Assembly: GCA_030604855.1 (NCBI GenBank)
Contig: JAUVVC010000002.1
Location: 214,130 to 246,129 of the forward strand
Source of the DNA: Erysipelotrichaceae bacterium
Lineage (GTDB): Bacteria; Bacillota_I; Bacilli_A; Erysipelotrichales; Erysipelotrichaceae
DNA length: 32,000 bases
Reading direction: 5' to 3'
Shown: piece after piece, positions 27,335 to 32,000 of the stretch
Position numbering within the stretch: position 1 is the first letter of the stretch
Layout: the number at the start of each line of letters is the position of its first letter
Made by a program: the position numbers and the translations under genes
Notes under the pieces: model-generated
Seen by the model: only the letters and a program-made list of their open reading frames with translations
Told to the model about the DNA's origin: nothing
The model's database searches: none

Positions 27335-28658
27335 CACTGTGCTCCTTGATTGCTTTCGCAAGTAGTGTACCGTCGTATAAACGTATCTTTAAAACTTTCG
27401 CATAATCCACATCATGGACCAAGCGAATGACCTTGCTCTCTTGTGAAACAATGCCATATCCTCTTGCCAAACTATTCAGCGGTGAGTAGGCGTTCAACAA
27501 TTTCAACAATTGACCAAAGTTATTCTGCTGGATGGAAGTCTTATGTTCGATCCTTTTGATCAATAAATCTTGTGTCCGTGAAAGACGTATGTTTTGATGA
27601 TTGGTGAAGCTCATGATTCTTTGACTTAATCGAGCCTGCTTATCGTTTAACCGGATTCTCAATCCATGCGCACGTTTGGTTTGTTGGCTGAGGGCTTGAG
27701 CCAAATTCGAAAGATGCAATTGTTGAGACATCATGATACGTTGTGGTTGTGTCAATACGGGATGTGCTTGAATCTGCTTCAACTCCGTACGACTGACATT
27801 CAACTGATATTCCAACAATTGATTTAATCTTCTTAATTGGTTCCTCAGATTCATCTCGACATCTTGGATGTCCGGAACAGCGTGTTGAATGGCAGCGGTT
27901 GGTGTGGCTGCTCTAAGATCTGCTACCAAATCAGCAATCGTTGTATCCGTTTCATGACCGACACCGGTAATCAGTGGTGTTTTCAGCGCATCGATCGCAT
28001 ACGCCAAGTTTTCATTGTTGAAAGCCCAAAGGTCTTCAATCGAACCCCCACCCCGCGCGAGTATCAAGACATCATGTCGTGCATTGTCAGCTCTCAAGAG
28101 TTGTTTCATCACGTTATTCGCTGCCTGCTCACCTTGAACCAGACTTGGATAAATCGTAACTTCAACAATAGGCCAACGCAAGGTCAATGTCTTTAACATG
28201 TCTTGTAAAGCAGCCGTTTCACGGCCTGTGATGATACCCATTGATTTCGGATAATTAGGAATCGACTTCTTTCTATCGACATCAAATAAGCCCGCTTCAT
28301 ACAACTTCCTTTTTAAGAGTTCAAACTGCAAATAGAGATCCCCAAGGCCATCGTTACGCATCGAAAAAACAGAACATTGAACCTGCCCTTGAAGTGCATA
28401 TACCCCTAAAGCAGCTCTCAAAAGCACCTTATCGCCATTTTTTGGTTTGAAATCAACCGTGTTTGCGTATGTAGAAAACATCACACAACTGATCCGAGCA
28501 CCTTCATCTTTCAATGAAAAATACCAGTGTCCCGAGCTATGTGATGTAAAATTGGATATCTCACCCTTCAAGTAGAACGACTTAAAAGCAACATTCTGTT
28601 CAATGGTCTGTTTTAAACGATTTACTAAAGTTGAAACAGTCCAAACAACATTACTCAT
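27327..28658 (-). CDS. xseA: Exodeoxyribonuclease VII large subunit
   Basis: 443 aa. The N-terminal OB fold is VSTLVNRLKQTIEQNVAFKSFYLKGEISNFTSHSSGHWYFSLKD. The catalytic core includes ARGGGSIEDLWAFNNE and GHETD. Confidence 0.93.
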   Translation of the reverse strand: MSNVVWTVSTLVNRLKQTIEQNVAFKSFYLKGEISNFTSHSSGHWYFSLKDEGARISCVMFSTYANTVDFKPKNGDKVLLRAALGVYALQGQVQCSVFSMRNDGLGDLYLQFELLKRKLYEAGLFDVDRKKSIPNYPKSMGIITGRETAALQDMLKTLTLRWPIVEVTIYPSLVQGEQAANNVMKQLLRADNARHDVLILARGGGSIEDLWAFNNENLAYAIDALKTPLITGVGHETDTTIADLVADLRAATPTAAIQHAVPDIQDVEMNLRNQLRRLNQLLEYQLNVSRTELKQIQAHPVLTQPQRIMMSQQLHLSNLAQALSQQTKRAHGLRIRLNDKQARLSQRIMSFTNHQNIRLSRTQDLLIKRIEHKTSIQQNNFGQLLKLLNAYSPLNSLARGYGIVSQESKVIRLVHDVDYAKVLKIRLYDGTLLAKAIKEHSDE

Positions 28659-29031
28659 ATCGATCTAAAACAGCATTGATGTATTTATAGGACTCGTCAT
28701 CCGCATATTCTTTAGCCAACAAAACAGCTTCATCGATGACGACGGGCTTCTCATCCAGCTTTCTCTCCAATTCGCAAACAGCCAATAAGAGGATGGCCTG
28801 TTCTACGTAAGGTAGACGTTCAAAGGTCCAATCTTGTAGTAGACCATTGATCTTCTCGACCAAAGCTTCTTTATTGATTTCAATGAACTCACAATTCAAT
28901 AATACAAAACGGCCTTCCTCTTGTGTGATCTCAAATTCATAATCCTCCAAGATCAACGTCAAAGGACGTTCTAATAGACAATGTTGATAAAGACATTCAA
29001 TGGTCTTTTGACGTTGTAAATGACGATTCAT
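28651..29031 (-). CDS. nusB: Transcription antitermination factor NusB
   Basis: 126 aa. The N-terminus is RHLQRQKTIECLYQ and the C-terminus is KYINAVLD. It sits immediately upstream of xseA, overlapping it by 8 nt. Confidence 0.8.
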   Translation of the reverse strand: MNRHLQRQKTIECLYQHCLLERPLTLILEDYEFEITQEEGRFVLLNCEFIEINKEALVEKINGLLQDWTFERLPYVEQAILLLAVCELERKLDEKPVVIDEAVLLAKEYADDESYKYINAVLDRYE

Positions 29032-29049
29032 ACAATACGCTCACTTTCT

Positions 29050-29077
29050 CAAAGAAAAAAACGCCCTATTGGGCGCT
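29050..29077 (-). terminator. Intrinsic terminator between asp23 and nusB (stem includes the asp23 stop codon)
   Basis: On the minus strand AGCGCCC-AATA-GGGCGTT forms a 7-bp stem (5 G-C pairs, one A-U and one G-U) followed by TTTTTTCTTT. The nusB ATG is only 19 nt beyond the T-tract. Confidence 0.75.
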
Positions 29078-29389
29078 AAAAACAAATCCGATGACATTCA
29101 CGTCAACATTTCTGCAAAGTAGCCCAGTCATCTGTTCAATGGATTGTGTCACTTTAGTTTGTATTGACTGTGAAACATCTGTAACATTCATTCCGTATTG
29201 AAGTTTCACATCAATACGAATATGTAATTGATTATCGACAATCTTACTTGTGATTCCCTTACGTGACTCGCATTGAGCACGTTGTTCCTCACGACAAGCA
29301 AAGAAGGCGATTGAATCAAAAACATCTTTCTTAATCGAAGTAAATCCAAGTTGATTTGGGTGTGTAAGTTTAATGAATTCTTGTGCCAT
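29066..29389 (-). CDS. Asp23/Gls24-family (alkaline shock protein, YqhY-like) protein
   Basis: 107 aa, with ...LHIRIDVKLQYGMNVTDVSQSIQTKVTQSIEQMTGLLCRNVDVNVIGFVF (Asp23 family pattern). A GGAG SD lies upstream. The position before nusB matches B. subtilis yqhY. Confidence 0.75.
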   Translation of the reverse strand: MAQEFIKLTHPNQLGFTSIKKDVFDSIAFFACREEQRAQCESRKGITSKIVDNQLHIRIDVKLQYGMNVTDVSQSIQTKVTQSIEQMTGLLCRNVDVNVIGFVFSAQ

Positions 29390-29405
29390 AATGATCTCCT
29401 AACTC

Positions 29406-29438
29406 ATTATAGCACAGGAAGCTTTTTATAAACAATTA
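29406..29438 (-). promoter_or_regulatory. Putative promoter with an extended -10 for asp23 (and the downstream string)
   Basis: On the minus strand, TGc TATAAT spans 29414..29406, with a TTGTTT-like -35 18 nt upstream. Confidence 0.5.
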
Positions 29439-30200
29439 TTCACCGAACCATTTCGAATCCAGTGCCGCTAAACTACCATCTTCTTTCATTTGAGCTAAAG
29501 CCGCATTCACTTGTGCAACCCATTCCGAACCTTTAGGGAATGCGATGGCTGTTCCACCATCTCCATCCAATGCATCATCCGTGATTTTGAATGTTGTCAG
29601 TTCAGGATTGACTTCTTCATATGAAATCGCATTTTCATAATCAATAACCAATGCGTCCAAACGACCCAGTTTGATGTCTTCGATGATCGTCAAGAAGGTA
29701 GAACGAGATTCAACAGTGATGCCATATTTATCTGCAATGGATTTCATCGCATTTTCTTGTACAGTCCCGGTTTGAACGCCAACTTTTAAGCCACTTAAGT
29801 CTTCAACGGATGTGAATCCTTTGTCTTTCAGCACGACAGCTGTATATAAGGATTCGCCTGCTTTGTAGATATCGGAGAAATCAACAGACTTTAAACGCTC
29901 CGCATCCACATTCATGCCCGATATCGCCATGTCACCCTGTCCTGCTTGTAAGCCAGCGATGATTCCATCAAAGGATTGTTCCTTCCAAACCACTTCAACA
30001 CCCATGATTTCTGCAATGGCTTCCATCAATTCAATGTCAAAGCCAACATAAGTTCCATCTACTCCAATCGACTCATAAGGTGGGTAATCCGGTGAAGTCA
30101 ATACTGTAATCTGTTTTGTCTCTACAACTTCCTTTTCTTGAGCTGTACAGCCCGTTAATACGATCGCCAATAGAGCGATGATAATCCATAGTTTTTTCAT
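29436..30200 (-). CDS. Amino-acid ABC transporter substrate-binding lipoprotein (probably arginine/basic amino acid)
   Basis: The lipobox is LAIVLTG|C. It is a family-3 SBP (DYPPYES..., DMAISGMNV, ...KWFGE). The Arg assignment is inferred from the upstream T-box specifier. Confidence 0.8.
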   Translation of the reverse strand: MKKLWIIIALLAIVLTGCTAQEKEVVETKQITVLTSPDYPPYESIGVDGTYVGFDIELMEAIAEIMGVEVVWKEQSFDGIIAGLQAGQGDMAISGMNVDAERLKSVDFSDIYKAGESLYTAVVLKDKGFTSVEDLSGLKVGVQTGTVQENAMKSIADKYGITVESRSTFLTIIEDIKLGRLDALVIDYENAISYEEVNPELTTFKITDDALDGDGGTAIAFPKGSEWVAQVNAALAQMKEDGSLAALDSKWFGE

Positions 30201-30214
30201 TTTGTTTCCCTTTC

Positions 30215-30937
30215 TTAAATCATATTGGCCAAGAATTCTTGCGCTCGTTTAGTTTTTGGTTGCTTGAAGAATTCCTTGGTATCTGTGATTTCTAATATTT
30301 CTGCTTGATTCATAAAAATGATGACATCCGCAACTTCTTGGGCGAATTTTATCTCATGTGTAACGATCACATTCGTCATCCCGCGATGGTTCAACGACTT
30401 GATGACCTTTAAAACTTCCTGTGTCATCTCTGGATCCAAAGCACTGGTGGGTTCATCAAACAACATGGCCTTTGGATGCATGGCCAATGCTCGAGCGATG
30501 GCGACACGTTGTTTTTCGCCTCCAGATAATTGATGTGGATAATTGTTTAAGCGATGTCCCAAGCCAACGCGCTCGAGTTGTAGAATCGCTTCCTTCTCTG
30601 CTTCTTCTTTGCTCATTTTCTTGACTTTCAAGAGTGCATACATGACATTCTCTTTAGCGCGCATGTGCGCAAAGAGATTGAAGTTTTGAAAGACCATTCC
30701 AATCTTCTCACGAATCGCATACAGTTGACCCTTTTCTTTGACGATATCCACGCCATCGACGATGACCTGTCCTTGTGTGGGCTTTTCCAATAGGTTGATG
30801 CATCTTAATAAGGTGCTTTTCCCTGCCCCACTGGATCCGATGATGGCATAGGTCTTATCGGCTTCAAAGGTGACATTTACGTTGTTCAGTACCGTTGTAT
30901 CATCAAATTTCTTACTGATGTTTTGAAGACTAATCAT
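30215..30937 (-). CDS. Amino-acid ABC transporter ATP-binding protein
   Basis: Walker A is GSSGAGKST, the signature is [15 protein letters not shown], Walker B is [11 protein letters not shown], and the H-loop is VTHE. The start at ATG 30937 overlaps the permease gene by 8 nt. Confidence 0.9.
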   Translation of the reverse strand: MISLQNISKKFDDTTVLNNVNVTFEADKTYAIIGSSGAGKSTLLRCINLLEKPTQGQVIVDGVDIVKEKGQLYAIREKIGMVFQNFNLFAHMRAKENVMYALLKVKKMSKEEAEKEAILQLERVGLGHRLNNYPHQLSGGEKQRVAIARALAMHPKAMLFDEPTSALDPEMTQEVLKVIKSLNHRGMTNVIVTHEIKFAQEVADVIIFMNQAEILEITDTKEFFKQPKTKRAQEFLANMI

Positions 30938-31583
30938 AACGTAATTTCCTTTCAAGCAATTTGCCAACATTACTCAGGATGATGTTCAAGCCTAAGTAGA
31001 TCAAACCAATAACCAATAAGGGTTCAAAGAAACGATAGGTCGCAGCGCTCACGATCTGTTGTCGTCGCATGATGTCCGTTAGACTGATCATAGAGACAAC
31101 GGATGTTTCTTTAACCAAAGTAATGAATTCATTCATGATCGCAGGCAAGACATTGCGCAATGCCTGTGGAATGAGGATATTGAAGGTGATGTCCCAATTT
31201 CGAACACCCAAGGCATGAGCCGCTTCAATCTGACCTTTATCAATGCTTTCAATACCTGCTCTTAATATTTCTGAGAGATAGGCACTGGAATTAAGGGAGA
31301 AGATGACCAAGGCGGAGATATAAGGCGTTGGAATCCATCCAGTCAATTGTGGTATCCCGTAATGGAAGAAAGCCAATTGAAACAACAAGGGCGTCCCCCG
31401 GAAGAAGTCAATGAAGGCTTTGATCAAAAACTGAATGAGTCCACCTCTTCTGCTTAATAAACTAAAAATCAAAGCTAACAAAGAACCTAGCAATGCGGCC
31501 GCAATTGCAATCTGCAATGTGACAAGAATGCCACCGAACAGGTAAGGTAAATAAGGATAAATCAATTCGAATTTTATGTTCAT
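30930..31583 (-). CDS. Amino-acid ABC transporter permease (HisM/GlnP family)
   Basis: 217-aa polytopic protein. The EAA-loop region is IEAAHALGVRNWDITFNILIPQALRNVLPAIMNEF. A GGAGG SD lies upstream. Confidence 0.88.
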   Translation of the reverse strand: MNIKFELIYPYLPYLFGGILVTLQIAIAAALLGSLLALIFSLLSRRGGLIQFLIKAFIDFFRGTPLLFQLAFFHYGIPQLTGWIPTPYISALVIFSLNSSAYLSEILRAGIESIDKGQIEAAHALGVRNWDITFNILIPQALRNVLPAIMNEFITLVKETSVVSMISLTDIMRRQQIVSAATYRFFEPLLVIGLIYLGLNIILSNVGKLLERKLRYD

Positions 31584-31594
31584 AGTTCCTCCAA

Positions 31595-31816
31595 ATAAAA
31601 AACGCCCTAAACAAAGGACGTTATGAAACGCGGTACCACCTTAATTTCAGATCAATGACCTGACATCTCGAAACTTTAACGCAGCCTTACGTGTGATCCT
31701 TCTATCGTCGAATCACAAGCTCCCAAACACGTTCACTGGACCTTCATCTTGTCTTTCACCTTACACAAGTCGCTCTAAGAAAGTTGATCAGTTACTACTT
31801 TTGTTCATCGCTTATG
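31595..31816 (-). promoter_or_regulatory. T-box riboswitch leader, specifier codon CGU (Arg), terminator/antiterminator type
   Basis: Read on the minus strand. Stem I has a K-turn (AAGC-GAUGA ... GGA-GCUU), an S-turn AGUA, an AG bay UUAGAGCG and a distal loop GUAAGGUGAAAG. The specifier-loop 3' side reads GAA-CGU-G and leads into helix UUUG (codon at 31731..31729). The T-box sequence is AAUUAAGGUGGUACCGCG (31646..31629). The terminator is AACGUCCU-UUGUUU-AGGGCGUU followed by UUUUAUU (31622..31595). Confidence 0.88.
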
Positions 31817-31821
31817 GACAC

Positions 31822-31849
31822 ATTATACAGAACAAGAAATATATTGCAA
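31822..31849 (-). promoter_or_regulatory. Sigma-A promoter of the T-box/ABC operon
   Basis: On the minus strand: TTGCAA (31849..31844), a 16-nt spacer, then TATAAT (31827..31822). Confidence 0.65.
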
Positions 31850-31889
31850 GCATTATTTTCAAAAATTTACAATAACGTGAAATGAAAAT

Positions 31890-31954
31890 GTAAATTCCGC
31901 ATGGGTATGGAATTTAGCTTTACAAATGGAAAGGTGGAATTAAGCCTTACAAAT
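31890..31954. repeat. Cluster of three GGAATT(T/A)A-containing repeats (one inverted, two direct) upstream of a TATAAT box
   Basis: The inverted repeat is TAAATTCC (31891-31898) - N10 - GGAATTTA (31909-31916). The direct repeats are GGAATTTAGCTTTACAAAT (31909-31927) and GGAATTAAGCCTTACAAAT (31936-31954), identical at 17 of 19 positions and offset by 27 bp. A TATAAT lies at 31959-31964. Confidence 0.6.
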
Positions 31955-32000
31955 TCAGTATAATGCCAATCAAGAAGGTGTCGGGAAAATCATTGGAAAG

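Noticed and set aside
31693-31875. Plus-strand 60-aa ORF in the permease upstream region
   Set aside because: It is the reverse complement of the T-box leader and its promoter. The RNA-element explanation accounts for all the conserved sequence there.
31965-32000. Possible riboswitch start (faint resemblance to the SAM-I leader ...ATCAAGAGAGGTGGAGGGA... or to the cobalamin GGTG...GGGAA core)
   Set aside because: Only about 35 nt are visible before the window ends. The matches are partial, and the conserved GGGACTGGCCC (SAM-I) and B12-box elements are absent. No class can be assigned.
1-32000. Alternative genetic code (UGA=Trp, as in Mollicutes), given the Mollicutes-like traits
   Set aside because: Conserved Trp positions (for example ATWWIRQ in SigA) use TGG. 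Many genes terminate cleanly at TGA at family-typical lengths, and all ORFs are intact under the standard code.

Overview
Low-GC Bacillota-type chromosomal segment read in the standard genetic code (Trp is TGG; ORFs close on TAA/TAG/TGA). It is densely packed with housekeeping genes. Gene order resembles the Bacillus subtilis yqf-yqk region: dnaG-sigA-trmK, ispH, a cshB-like helicase, ispG, a class B PBP, rpmG, an MBL hydrolase, and a complete comGA-GG pseudopilus operon. These are followed by efp, FMN riboswitch-ribU, cmk-der-gpsA, hup and a YugP-type Zn peptidase. A small accessory pair comes next (a tail-anchored protein plus a secreted Ig-like-repeat protein). On the other strand lies a gap-free string, asp23 | nusB-xseA-xseB-ispA-dxs-recN-xerD-deoB, preceded by a T-box-controlled amino-acid ABC transporter. 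There is no CRISPR array, transposase, phage gene, tRNA or rRNA, and I do not see a clear novel multi-gene system such as a defence island. The most notable points are listed here. (1) A near-canonical 28-bp XerCD dif site lies exactly where gene orientation flips (24 of 26 CDS on + to its left, 12 of 12 on - to its right), so the window probably spans the replication terminus. (2) An unrecognised, AT-rich-looking two-gene surface module abuts dif. (3) SigA carries an insertion of about 150 aa between regions 1.2 and 2.1. (4) A T-box whose specifier reads CGU (Arg) controls the ABC transporter, while argR is absent from its usual dxs-recN position. (5) EF-P lacks the conserved PGKG modification loop. 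(6) An unusual divergent ispG/PBP control region has a perfect 16-bp palindrome and a palindromic shared -10. All functional calls rest on motif recognition and synteny read by eye; no database search or computation was run.
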